From Squalus acanthias (lineage: Eukaryota), in NCBI GenBank assembly GCA_030390025.1, contig CM059432.1:62126001-62190000 (forward strand): 64,000 nucleotides of DNA, given 5' to 3'. Under the pieces are notes generated by a model. That model was not told the DNA's origin. It worked only from the letters and a program-made list of their open reading frames with translations, and ran no database searches. Position 1 is the stretch's first letter, and each line of letters begins with the position of its first letter. Below, piece by piece: positions 11,771 through 23,938 of the stretch. Both the position numbers and the translations under genes were made by a program.

Positions 11771-12257
11771 TCAAGGCTCTAGTCTGAGGCTGGCTGGCTG
11801 ACTCTTGCGACACTGTCCAAGGTTATTATTAAAGTGCCACATTAAGATACCTTCTAGCACTGGCACAAACATCATGCCCTCTGTCACAAAAAAACCCGCA
11901 TCTCAAACATCCAAAATATCTTAAATTGCATAAATTTCTGAAAAAAAGAAGCCTTTCTATTTTTGAGGTTTTTTTCTGCTACTCGCACCTTGTGGTTTGT
12001 ATTTTTTTTTCTGATGTTGTCTTGTAGCAAGGTTGTCACGGTGCACTCAATGTATTGTTCCATAGGAGCAGGCCGTGAACTATAACTCCCACAATGCATA
12101 TCTCTCTCTCAATTTGTCAGCAGGAATTGAAAATTGCTCGATCAATTCAAGGCTCCTTTTAAGAACATAACATAAGAAGTAGGAGCAGGAGTAGGCCATA
12201 TGGCCCCTCGGGCCTGCTCCGCCATTCAATAGGATCATGACTGATCCGAACTTAGAC

Positions 12258-15200
12258 TCACGTCCACTTCCCTGCCCGCTCCCCATAACCCTTAATTCCC
12301 TTATCAGCTAGGAAACTGTCTATCTCCGTTTTAAATTTATTTAATGTTGCAGCTTCCACAGCTCTCTGAGGTAGCAAATTCCATAGATTTACTACCCTCT
12401 GAGAGAAGAAGTTTCTCCTCATCTCAGTTTTGAAACGGCAGCCCCTTATTCTAAGATTATGCCCCCTAGTTTCTAGTCTCACCCATCAGTGGAAACATCC
12501 TCCCCGCCTCCACCCGATCAAGCCCCCTCACAATCTTATATGTTTCGATAAGATCGCCTCTCATTCTTCTGAATTCCAATGAGTAGAGGCCCAACCTACT
12601 CAACCTTTCCTCATAAGTCAACCCCCTCATCTCTGGAATCAACCGAGTGAACCTTCTCTGAACTGCCTCGAGAGCAAGTATATCTTTTCTTAAATATGGA
12701 AACCAAAACTGTACGCAGTATTCCAGGTGTGGCCTCACCAGTACCTTGTATAACTGAAGCAAGACTTCCCTGCTTTTATACTCCATCCCCCTTGCAATAA
12801 AAGCCAAGATTCCATTGGCCTTCCTGATCACCTGCTGTACCTGCATACTAACCTTCTGTCTTTCATGCACCAGGACCCTCAGATCCCTTTGTACTGTAGC
12901 ACTTTGCAGTTTCTTTCCATTTAGATAATAACTTGCTCTTTGATTTTTTTCTGCCAAAGTGCCTAACCTCACACTTTCCAACATTATATTCCATCTGCCA
13001 AATTTCCGCCCACTCACTTAGCCTGTCTATGTCCTTTTGCAGGTTTTTTATGTCCTCCTCACTCACTGCTTTTCCTCCCATCTTTGTATCGTCAGCAAAC
13101 TTGGATACGTTGCACTTGGTCCCCTCCTCCAAATCGTTAATATAGATTGTAAAGAGTTGGGGTCCCAGCACTGACCCTTGCGGAACACCACTAGTTACTG
13201 ATTGCCAACCTGAGAATGAACCATTTATCCCAACTCTCTGTTTTCTGTTAGATAGCCAATCTTCCACCCATATATTACCCCCAATCCTGTGATTTTTTAT
13301 CTTGTGCAGTAATCTTTTGTGTGGCACCTTATCAAATGCCTTTTGGAAGTCCAAATACACCACATCCACTGGTTCCCCTTTATCCACCCTGTTTGTTACG
13401 TCCTCAAAGAATTCAAGCAAATTTGTCAAGCATGATTTCCCCTTCATAAAACCATGCTGACTCTGTCCGATTAAATTATGCTTATCCAAATGTCCTGTTG
13501 CTGCTTCCTTAATAATGGACTCCAACATTTTACCAACCACAGATGTTAGGCTAACTGATCTATAGTTTCCAGCCTTTTGTCTACCTCCCTTTTTAAATAA
13601 GGGCGTTACATTAGCAGTTTTCCAATCTGCTGGGACCTCTCCCGAATCCAGGGAGTTTTGGAAAATTACCACCAATGCATCCGCAATCCCTACCGCTGCT
13701 TCTCTCAAGACCCTAGGATGTAAGCCATCAGGTCCAGGGGATTTATCCGCCTTAAGTCCCATTTTCTTACTGAGTACCATCTCCTTAGTGATTTTAATCG
13801 TGTTTAGCTCCTCCCCCCTATAGCCCCCCCCCCGTTTGTCCAGTGTTGGGATATTTTTAGTATCCTCTACTGTAAAGACTGATACAAAATATTTGTTCAG
13901 CGTATTTGCCATCTCCGTGTCCCCCACTACTAATTTCCCGGTCTCGTCCTCGAAGGGACCAACATTCACTTTAGCCACCCTTTTTCTTTTTATATAACTG
14001 TAGAAACTCTTGCTATCTTTTTATATTTTTTGCTAGTTTACTTTCATAATCTATCTTCCCCTTCTTAATTAATCTTTTAGTTATTCTTTGCTGGCTTTTA
14101 AATGCTTCCCAATCTTCTATCCTCCCACTAGATTTGGCTACTTTATATGCCCTTGTTTTCAGTCGGATACTATCCTTTATTACTTTACTTAGCCACAGAT
14201 GGCTGTCTTTTCTTTTACGCCCCTTTTTCCTCAGTGGAATATATTTTTCTTGAAAGTTGTGAAATACCTCCTTGAATGTACACCACTGCTCCTGTACCGT
14301 CTTACACCTTAATCTATTTTCCCAGTCCACTTTAGTCAACTCTGCTCTCATACCTTCATAGTCTCCTTTATTTAAGCTTAGTACGCTGGTTTGAGATCCA
14401 ACTCTCTCACCCTCCAACTGAATTTGGAATTCAACCATGTTATGGTCACTCATTCCAAGGGGATCCTTTACTAGGATATTTTTTATTAATCCTGTCTCAT
14501 TGCACAGGACCAGATCTAAGATTGCCTGCCCCCTGGTTGGTTCAGTAACATACTGCTCAAGGAACCCGTCCCTAATGCACTCTATGAACTCTTCCTCAAG
14601 GCTGCCCTGCCCAATTTCATTTGTCCAGTCAATATGAAAGTTAAAATCTCCCATGATTATAGCTGTTCCCTTATTACAAGCCCCAACTATTTCCTGATTT
14701 ATACTCCGACCAACAGAGTTACAACTGCTAGGAGGCCTATAGACTACGCCCACTAGTGACTTTTTCCCCTTATTATTCCTTATCTCCACCCAAACTGTTT
14801 CACTATCCTGATCCTTTGACCCAATATCATTTCTCACTATTGCAGTGATTCCATCCTTTATTAACATAGCCACCCCACCTCCCTTTCCTTCCTGTCTGTC
14901 CTTCCTAATAGTCAAATACCCCTGGATGTTTAGTTCCCAGTCATGGTCACCTCGCAGCCATGTTTCTGTAATGGCCACCAGATCATACCCATGTGTAGTT
15001 ATTTGTACCGTCAACTCGTCTATTTTGTTACGAATGCTGCGTGCATTCAGATAAAGAACTTTTAAACATGTTTTGTGACAATTTATTCCTGCTTTTACCC
15101 CCTTTACTACTTTATCTTTATATATTCTGTCCCTTCCTGACACGCTCTGGTTTTTAATTTCCCCACTGCTAATTTGCTCTATTGCCTTCTCCGCTGACAT
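12258..15200 (-). pseudogene. CR1 ORF2: APE endonuclease plus reverse transcriptase, broken into four ORFs
   Basis: EN motifs YLNARS, ITETWL, MGDFN, LDLV and SDHN; RT motifs [21 protein letters not shown] and FADD. Confidence 0.92.
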
Positions 15201-15238
15201 TTTTATTCTTCGCTCTCTTGAAACCTCCCCCCCACTAA

Positions 15239-16197
15239 TTAGTTTAAAGCCCTCTCTACAGCCCTAGTTATTCGATTCGCCAGGATTCTAGTCCCAGCAC
15301 TGGCCAAGTGAAGTCCGTCCCAACGGAACAGCTCTCTTCCGTCCCAGTACTGGTGCCAGTGTCCCAAGAAGCAAAACCCATTTCTCCCACACCAGTCTTT
15401 GAGCCACGCATTTAACTCTCTGATTTTATTTACCCTAGCCAAATTTGCTCGTGGCTCAGGTAGTAATCCAGAGATTATTACCCTTGTGGTTCTGTTTTTT
15501 AATTTGGCCCCTAGCTGCTCATACTCCCTCAGCAGAACCTCTTTCCTTGTCCTATCTATGTCGTTGGTACCAACATGGACCACGACAACTGGATCCTCCC
15601 TCTCCCATCCAAGTTTCTCTCCAGCCCAGAGGAGATGTCCTTAACCCTGGCACCGGGCAGGCAACACAACCTTCGGGACTCTCGCTCTCGGCTGCAAAGA
15701 ACCCTATCTATCCCCCTTCTGATACTATCCCCTACCACTACAACATTTCTTTTTACTCCCCCCACTTGAATGGTCCCCCGTTCCACGGTGCTGTGGCCAG
15801 GTTGCTCATCCTCCCTGCAGTCCCTGCTCCCGTCCTCACAGGGAGTAAGAGCCTCGAACCTGTTGGACAAGAGCAAGGGCTGCTGCTCCTCCAACACTAC
15901 CTCCTGGATCCCCGTACCTGCCTCACTCATAGTCACACCCTCCTGTCCCTGACCACGGACTACATCTGAATTAGTTAATCTAATTGGTGTGACTACTTCC
16001 TGGAACACAGAGTCCAGGTAACTCTTTCCCCCCCCCCCGATGTGTCGCAGTGTTTGAAGCTCGGACTCCAGCTCATCAACACGGAGCCGGAGCTCCTCGA
16101 GCAGCCAACACTTACTGCAAATGTGATCACCGTGAGCATCAACGGTGTCCACCAGCTCCCACATATTGCAGCAGTAACACATCACCTGCTCTCCCAT
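15239..16197 (-). pseudogene. CR1 ORF1: zinc finger/leucine zipper plus SGNH esterase, one frameshift
   Basis: CYCC...HICSKC followed by LEELRLRVDELESEL. Esterase blocks VVVGDS, LPGA, VHVGTND and DGLHL are split across ORFs 15556..16197 and 15239..15583. Confidence 0.85.
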
Positions 16198-16885
16198 TCT
16201 ATGTAATTAATTAAATTTATTAATATTTTTTAAATACCCTCTGCCCCGCCTGATGAATATCACACCTTAGAAACTATATACCACAGAGTTTAAGTTTAAA
16301 AAGAGAGAAATACTCACCAACCAATTACTTACCTGCTTTCTGGTGACGTCACACCTCGATTATTTTTTACCTCTCTCCCTCCCTCCGAGTTCGGAGACTG
16401 GTCCCGCCTTACCTGGTCTCTGGAGCCTTTTAAACCCTCTGCCGCCGCCTCGCCTCACGCAGGTCCGCCGTCGCACCAGGAAGCTTTTCTACCTAGTTGT
16501 CATGTAATGTAGGTTGTTCTGAAGCTGTATATTACAGTTCCACAGGAGCAAGGTAATAAGAACTCCCAAAAAGCATCTCTGATATATCAATCGTCCGCAT
16601 TTCACTCTGACTGAATTCTGTAAGGCTTGTCCATGCGTCAATGACAGGCCTCACAAACTGGCGTTTTTGTAGTTTGGGCCGTTGTTTGCTTCAAGTTACC
16701 CCAGAATGTCTAAAAATATTGTGTGCTTGTGCAAATTTCAGGCAATTATGAAATTTGAGTGTGATGTAGTGGAAACATGGTTCCTGAACAAGTTCTGCGA
16801 TGCATTTGGCACCAGACTAGTAAGGGATTAAACTTTTCTGTGGATTGTTTTCCCGTAAGTGATACCTTCTTAGAGGTTTTTTTTT

Positions 16886-17436
16886 TACAAAGAATTTACA
16901 GCACAAAAACTAGTCTATGCTGGTGTTTATGCTCCACACAAGCCTCCTCCCACTCTACTTCATCTAACCCTATCTACATATCCTTCTATTCCTTTCTCTC
17001 TCATGCAGCTTCCCCTTAAATCTATACTGTTCACCTCAACTACTTTATATGGTAGTAAGTTCCACATTTACATAGAATATACAGCACAGATATAGGTCAT
17101 TTGGCCCAATCAGTCCATGCCAGTGTTTATGCTCCACTCGAGCCTCCTCCCATCCTTCATCATCTAATTCCATCAGCATAACCCTCTATTCCCTGCTCCC
17201 TCCTATGCTTATCTAGCTTTCCCTTAAATGCATCTATAATATTCACCTCAACCACTCCCAGTGGTAGCCAGTTCCACATTCTCACCAATCTCTGGGTAAA
17301 GAAGTTTCTTCTGAATTTCCTATTTGATTTCCTGGTGACTATCTTATATTGATGGCCTCTAGTTTTGCTCTTCCCCACAGGTGGAAACACTCTCTCTGTT
17401 TACTCTATCAAAACATTTCATAATTTTAAAGACCTT
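16886..17436 (-). mobile_element. Two adjacent 3' fragments of a second CR1 subfamily (tails at about 16886 and 17071)
   Basis: ORF 17160..17390 reads TRGHQYKIVT...FRRNFFTQR. The 3'UTR resembles those at 44773 and 52903. Confidence 0.8.
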
Positions 17437-18200
17437 GGGCTGGATTTTCATAGGGAAGGTGGGTTGGGGGCGGGGGTTGGGGCTCCAGTGCAGGCGGGAG
17501 ACCTGAGAGAATGGCAGGGCCTGATTTGCATCTGAAGCCTCTGTTTCCTGCCCCCAGCCAGATGAAGAGGCCAGCTGGCTGTGGGCGGGTAGGCCTGCAG
17601 CACCAGGCCGCACAAAGGAGTAAAGGAGGGATCGGGTGGGAGCTGGTGCCGGCCTCCGAGGGGGGTGGGAGGGAGGACGGGAGGTGAGGGCGATCGCGGC
17701 CGTCGAGGGACTGGGGGGGAGGGAAGATGATTGCGGCCATCAAGGGACTCGGCGGGGGGGGGGGATGATGTGAGAGGAGATCAGGGCCGGCCACCAGAGG
17801 ATCCTGGCCGTCCTATTGCTGATCGGGGTGGGGGGGGCGGTGGGGCAAGGGAAGAAGATTGGGGCCGGCCACTGGAGGATTGTGGCTGACCTCTTGCTAA
17901 TCTTGGTGTGGGGGGAGTGGTGGGAGTCTGGGAAGGTGATTAGAGGCCTCGTGTGGAGGTCTACGATCACGGGGGACCCTGTATCCAGGAGGTAGGTGTA
18001 AAGGCACTTACCTCCTGGATGCAGCAGTCCCCGACTTGCTGTAACTGTCGGGTTTTACGAAGTGTGTGAAACCCTTCCAGCTGCAGTTAAAAACAAAATG
18101 TAGGTTAAAGAGACTTCCAGCCTCATTATAATATTTAAATTGACGCCCTCCTCCTGGCAGCGGGTTGGCTATATCCTGTTTGACTGAAGACAGCAAAATT
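17437..18200. mobile_element. Harbinger-like MITE, right end not found
   Basis: Starts GGGCTGGATTTT, the reverse complement of the right terminus of the 4282 element. It directly abuts a CR1 fragment and has a G-rich interior. Confidence 0.6.
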
Positions 18201-18327
18201 AGTGGGTCTCTGACATCTCAAATTAATGATCTTCAGACATGGACGGAGGAGGTATTTTTAACAAAGTAGTTCACTTCGACTCTCCATCCCCTTCAAATAA
18301 AATGTTTTAAAGTATATGACATTGATT

Positions 18328-19776
18328 GGGCCATAATTTGCGGCCCCTACGGGTGCGTACGAGGAGTGCACGCGCCCGTAGGAGCCGCGCAAGTTCTGGG
18401 TTTAGGCATGCGAAGTGCATGCGCTAAAACCCGGAACTTACAATCTTGATGGATCATCCGCCTCCCTGGGAAAAGGGCATCCGCGCGCGGAGAGTTGGGC
18501 TATTTGCCCTACTTCTGCCCAGCGAATGCCCGTGAAATTCTTAGGCCTGGTAAAAGCAGGCGCAAGGCCTGTTTTTACCAGAGTAAGACTTTTAAAGAAC
18601 AGAAAAATAATTTTTTTCCAATAATTTATACATTTAAAAACCTGTGAAATAAGGGGTTTATTTTTAGTCCGTTTAAAATATGTAAATTTATTTTTCAAAA
18701 AATTTAATTTTTGTTTTAAATATTTAATTAAATGCCATTTTGATTAATTTTAAATGTAATTTTTTTAAATTTATTTTATGTGTACCTGTATTTTTGAGGG
18801 TATTCCCATTCATACTTATGGGGATTCCATACATATAGGGGGGAAAAATTCAGTTGGTTGCGCTTCCCATTAGCGCCTTAAGAGGGCGCTAATGGGGCGC
18901 AAATCATCTAGCGCCCAGGCTCGGCGATGTTTGCGCCGCTCGGGAAATTAACTAGACATTTTGCGGCGGCGCTAAACACTACCGCAACGATCTCCTGCGC
19001 CGGCAGATCGTGACGTCAGTCGAGTGCGCAACGCCCCGGTATCGCCCCGGAGCGGATATTGAGTGGCGCCCCTTGCCTTACCGCCTGACGCTAGCAACGA
19101 CAGGTTGAGGGGAGCGTTTTGCAGTCATGAAGGGACTGGGGGAGCGCTATTTAAAGGCGACCGCTTCCTGCCTTTTATTGTTGGTGCCATTTTTGAACCA
19201 CGCATTCTGAGAGAGAGAGAGAGACTTCTGGAGAGATTCAACGCTGTGTGAAGGAGTTTTTGGTACTGAGCAGCACTTTGCAGGTTCATTTTGATTTGCC
19301 ATTCCTTGTATCGATTTAGAAGAGATTGTGGTGGCTGCACTCTGAGCTCTTTCCCTGGTACTCTCCATTGTCCTTTCCAGCAGATTTGATGTGCAGATCT
19401 CTCCAGGCCGAGATTCAAAGCTGCAATGAGCAGGATGTGGATGGAAAGCAAGATCAACCATCCCCTTTAAAAACTGGTCCGTGCCATTGTGTGTGTGTTC
19501 CATTGCTGACTGATATCACATGAGCTTCGCCAGCACTCTGAGGTAGCGCCTCGCTCCTCGGCCTTTGCGCCTTAAGACAGATGTGTAGTGCCTGATTTAG
19601 CGCTTCAATCACCTCCAGGGGCGATAAAAGACAAGTTTGCAAAAGGTGGCGATAATTAGCGCCAGGCGCTAATCTTTGTGCCCGGCCGATAATTGCGCCC
19701 CAAATGGGGCGATACTGAATTTCTCCCCCATGGAATCTCCATAAGTATGAATGGGGATCCCTTTCTTTCATTGGTT
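18328..19776 (+). mobile_element. Harbinger-like MITE family A, truncated, interrupted by a family B element
   Basis: ATT|GGGCCATAATTTG terminus and a subterminal palindrome ctacgggtgcgtac...gcgcccgtagg. Colinear with 43341-44053. Strand is arbitrary. Confidence 0.8.
18839..19729 (+). mobile_element. Harbinger-like MITE family B, nested in family A
   Basis: TIR GGGGGAAAAATTCAGT / ACTGAATTTCTCCCCC. Homologous in inverted orientation to 47518-48265. Internal (GA)n. Confidence 0.85.
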
Positions 19777-19992
19777 TATTGTATTAAATTAATGCTGCAT
19801 ATATGTTACCTGAACATCCTTTAATATTGGATCAAAATTCACATTTTTGTAAGCTTCCACCAAAGCTGTTATTTTGATCTTTAAAAATTCGTTTTTGTCA
19901 GGACAAATCTTGTAACTTGTTTTTTTTAAAACTGTTTTTGGTAAATTTGTGCAATCAAGAGCAAGTGTATTGGTTGAAGAATCAATTTAATC

Positions 19993-20388
19993 GGACTCCC
20001 CAGTGGCTCTGCTGGTTAAGACCCATTACAAAGCTGTAACAAGACGACTCCAGGTTTGATCCCTGACCTCTGCTGAGTTAGCTGACTTCAGCTGTGCCAA
20101 TGGTGGGGATGCTGCAATTGGTTGCAGCCCCTCCGGTCTAGGGAGGGTAGAATTGCAGAGGATTCTGATTGCTTTCCATCACGCCTGCTGGCAATGTAAA
20201 TGTGTGGACATTGGGTGAAGACAAGGTTCGGTTTGTTTGCGATGTCCTCCCAGGTAGAATAGCCTGCGAGACTCATTCTTTAAGCTCCTGATTAATTGCC
20301 ACTTCGGTGAGGTGCGGGAGCCACCCAGCTCCCCTGGAACTGTAGCTCAGCAAAGAGTCAACACGTGCAGCGGAGGGGGAAAAAAAAA
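19993..20388 (+). mobile_element. LF-SINE, near full length
   Basis: tRNA-like head with B-box-like GGTTTGATCCC (20053-20063), then tgctgagttagctga, caattgg..ctagggaggg, gtgtggacattgggtgaagaca, gaatagcctgc and gccacttcggtgagg, as in the recalled LF-SINE consensus. Confidence 0.8.
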
Positions 20389-21436
20389 CAATTTAACCTA
20401 ATTAATTAGAACAATAAAGAATTTCAACCCTTAATTACTGATTTAACGTATTGTTCTCATAAAAGAAATAGTTTGAGGAAGGTTAATTACACTACATTAT
20501 AACTGCAGATATTGGTGCAGATTGCTGCCTTGATGGTGAAGGATCAGGCTGTTGGTTGCTGCCTGATAGGCTGGGGCGCTTTCACTGAAGAGTGCAAGTG
20601 CTGTAGGCTGGAATTTCCAGACACCAGTGACTGCCAATTTTGGAATGTGCTGCTGACGTCAGTAGTTACTCCAGGGAATGTTTTGCATTCCAGTTCCTGG
20701 CAATGGTCAGGTGGCTTACAGCAAACAAGGGGAAAAAAAATCCCATTTCCAGTTTTTTTTAAATAGCAGCCAAGTGGAGACAGCTGTATGTTTATTATTT
20801 GTTAACAGTAAACATATGTTGCTAATGTGGTTGATTATTTTTATGGCTATTGTCACATTTTTTAAAACTACGTTCATAGATGGCATGTTTATTTGTTGCT
20901 GTAAATATGGGTTAAAAGTTAGTATAGCTCACTGTGTTCTTTAGAGCATGCTTTATTGTACTAAAGCCAACAGAATTCATGAACTTGTCAATGAGACTGC
21001 TTTGTGGAGCTTACACTTCCAGTAAAAGGCGGTTGTGTGGGTGGAATCCCTTTAGAAAACATCCCATTAGAAAACATCCCATAAAACATTTTCTTTTCTT
21101 TTATCGATCTCGACCTTTAGTTTAACTGAGCATTTTAAACTTTTTTTCACCTAAGAATTCTTAAGTCGTTTTTGATACAAATAAATTTAAATAATTTAAC
21201 AACAGATGTGACTATTAATGTGCTAAATTTAAATTTAGTAATTTCAGTCCATTCATTATTTAATTTGACTTTACTTCTCCAAGAACCTGCAAATTATGTG
21301 GCACAATCATAACCATGACTTTAAAAAAGCAATTTTGGTATCTTGTAATGTTTAGGAGATGCTGAGCTGTTTCTGCAAAACCCAAAGCCTGAGTTTTAAA
21401 CTGGCCTGTTTTCAATGTGCCATAATCACAATCTTA

Positions 21437-21660
21437 TACTATTTCTTCACTCAGAGGCTTGTGAATCTTTGGAATTCTCTGCCCCAGAGGAATGTGGATG
21501 CTCAGTCGTTGAGTATATTCAAGGCTGAGATTGATAGATCTTTAGATACCAAGGGAATCAAGGGATATGGAGATCGGGCGGGAAAGTGGAATTGAGATTG
21601 AAGATCAGCCACGATCTTATTGAATGGCGGAGCCGGCTCGAGGGGCCTACTGCTCTTACT
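21437..21660 (+). mobile_element. CR1 short 3' fragment
   Basis: FFTQRLVNLWNSLPQR...GIKGYGDRAGKW followed by the 3'UTR. Confidence 0.88.
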
Positions 21661-22234
21661 TGAGTGACCAAAATCAATTATGCAAGTTTGAAGTTGTGGT
21701 TAAAGTTTACAATTCGTGGCAAATTAATTTCAGCAACCTATCTCTGAAAGAATGTGGTTGAAAATGGAACCAAAATAAACTCTGTTCTTTCTTAACCTTA
21801 TCCTGAATGCATAGTATTTTAATGCTGTAAGTTGGCTTGAAAAATAAAGGCTACATTCTGTTGGCTAGACTGCAGCCTGCATTCTGACTTTCCTGCCTTT
21901 TTATAAATGTTTTCTAAAATATCTGCTGCAGTTCAGTTGGAATAATATTTTTTGAACTTATTCCCATACCTTTTTGACTTGGGCTCTGCTGCTGCGTGTA
22001 GGTGGACAGCTTTCTCGAAGATGTTTACCAATGCCTCCTTTGGCCAACAGCAGATCAAAGTTACTGTTCAGCCAGAACATCTTTGTCCAAGTTTTCTTTT
22101 CTCCTGCAGAGAGACATTGCAGCCTCTACCCAATATCTCCCTGACTAACATGGCTCAGGTTAAGAACTGAGCAAAGTGGAAATTTAGCCTGCAATCTTCC
22201 CATGCAGCAGTACTATTTTCACTGAGGAAGACAT

Positions 22235-23170
22235 GGGCTAGTTAAAGACAGCCACCACGAATTTGTAAACAAGAAGTCATGCCTGTCATAGTTATAGAGT
22301 TCTTTGAGGAAATAATAGAGCGTATTGATCAAGGAAATGCCATGGATGTTGTGAATATGTATTTTCATAAGGAATTTTATAGGGGGCCGTATAAGAGGCT
22401 TATTGATAAAATTAAAGCTTATAGTATTAAAAGGAATGTGCAGCATGGATAGGAAGTTGTTTAAGCGACAGAAGACAACGAGTAGTTAATGAATGATTTT
22501 TAAACTGGAGGCATATAAGCTCTGGAGTACCCCATGGGCCAGTATTGGGATCATTGTTCTTTTCCATATATATGTATGATCTGGAATTAGCTATGGGTCA
22601 CATCACAATTTGCTAATAAATGGGGAATATGGTTCGCTTTGAAGAGGACTGTAAGCAACTTCTGGAGGACATAGACAGGATAATAGATTGGGCAGATATG
22701 TGGAATTTAATGCTGAGAAATGTGAGGAGATACAATTTGGCAGGAAGAATAGCGAAGAAATTGTGAAGCTTTACAAAGAGTAGCGGTGCAAAGAGAAAAT
22801 CTTTAATATTGGGAGGATAAATTGATAAAGTTGTAAAACAAAAGCAGACAGGTTCTAGGTTTTATAAATAGGGTAATCAGTTCAAAAGCAAAGAGGCAAT
22901 GCTAAACCTATACACATTTTTGGCTAGAATACGGTTACGAATATTGTGTCTAGTCTTGGATGTCCTACTTTAGAAAAGATGTCATGGCTATGGAGAGGAT
23001 TCAGAAGAGGTTCACTAAGACGATTCATGGGATGACAGGCTTTAGTTATGAGGAGAGACTAGAAAAATGGGGGCCCTTTTCATTAGAACAGAATATGTCA
23101 AGAGGACATTTGATTGAGGTGTTCAAATTAAGAGTTTTGCTAAAGTAACTAGGGGAAAAGTATTTCCATT
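22235..23170 (+). mobile_element. Old degraded CR1 RT fragment
   Basis: Degenerate RT motifs (aagtcatgcctg, atggatgttgtg, ggagtaccccatgggccagtattggga) and ORF 22960 (RKDVMAMERIQKRFTK...YEERLEK). Confidence 0.75.
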
Positions 23171-23307
23171 GGACAATTACAACAACCAATTGCATTTGTA
23201 CATTTTCCTTGCCATCATCCAACTGTTGAAAGCTTATACAGAAATGAACCACAAGACTGATCAAACTACCTTTACTTGAAGCAACAACATTCACCAGGAA
23301 ATACCAA

Positions 23308-23938
23308 AGGGGAGAAATTCCCCTCGAGCCCCGTTTGGGGCGCTAAATCAAAAAAGCTGGAAAAATTAGGCACTAACCTCTTCTAGCCTCTTTGAAATTC
23401 CCATTTTTTGCTCTAAGAGGGGAGGGGAAGTTCATGACCCGGGGCGATGTGCACAGCAGCCCAAGCATGGCACTGCCATGTTGCAGGGGCTCTTCCCTGA
23501 ATTAAAGGAAGGGCCCCACGCTGTGAACCCTGCAGTTTATTTTAAACTTACCTGGACCACTGGGGAGCGGGGGGTGCTGCGCAATCAGCCTGGTACTCAA
23601 GCAGAGTGCCGGGCTGACCGATCGCGGCATGGACCCCTTGTCCGGAGGCGCAAAAAAACGGCCACCTCATCTTTAACTTCCGCTCCGCTAGCAGCCGGTC
23701 GCCCTGCTCGCGTCCCCTGTAGCAGTCGCTGCCATCGCCCAGCGCTGGTGAAGGGGAATTTTTGTGCCAGGGCAATGCGCCCGGAGATGATGTCATGATC
23801 TCCGGGCACATGAGCTCCAGGCGCAACCCGGTAGTGCCACTGCTAACCACCCGCGAAATTTGGCGGGAGGCGCGAAAAGGGTTCTGTGCCCCATTAGCGT
23901 CCCCCACGGGAGGCGCAAAGGAGGGGAATTTCTCCCCT
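23308..23938. mobile_element. Harbinger-like MITE family C (ends related to family B)
   Basis: Perfect 18-bp TIR AGGGGAGAAATTCCCCTC / GAGGGGAATTTCTCCCCT. Perfect CAA duplication at 23305-23307 and 23939-23941. CpG-rich. Confidence 0.9.

Larger units (their letters stand above)
12161..16480 (-). mobile_element. Near full-length CR1/HER1-type LINE (5'UTR, ORF1, ORF2, 3'UTR), frameshifted
   Basis: 3' tail aagaacataacataagaa at 12161. ORF2 is EN plus RT in several frames over 12258..15200, ORF1 lies at 15239..16197, and a CpG-containing 5'UTR runs about 16200-16480. Confidence 0.95.

Noticed and set aside
12161..16480. Active autonomous CR1
   Set aside because: Both ORF1 and ORF2 are interrupted by frameshifts or stops. 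Homopolymer errors could explain some breaks but probably not all.
17359..17970. Proline-rich ORFs on the minus strand
   Set aside because: A by-product of G-rich MITE sequence, with no domain or gene structure.
21052..21082. 15-bp tandem duplication (tagaaaacatcccat)
   Set aside because: Ordinary slippage product.
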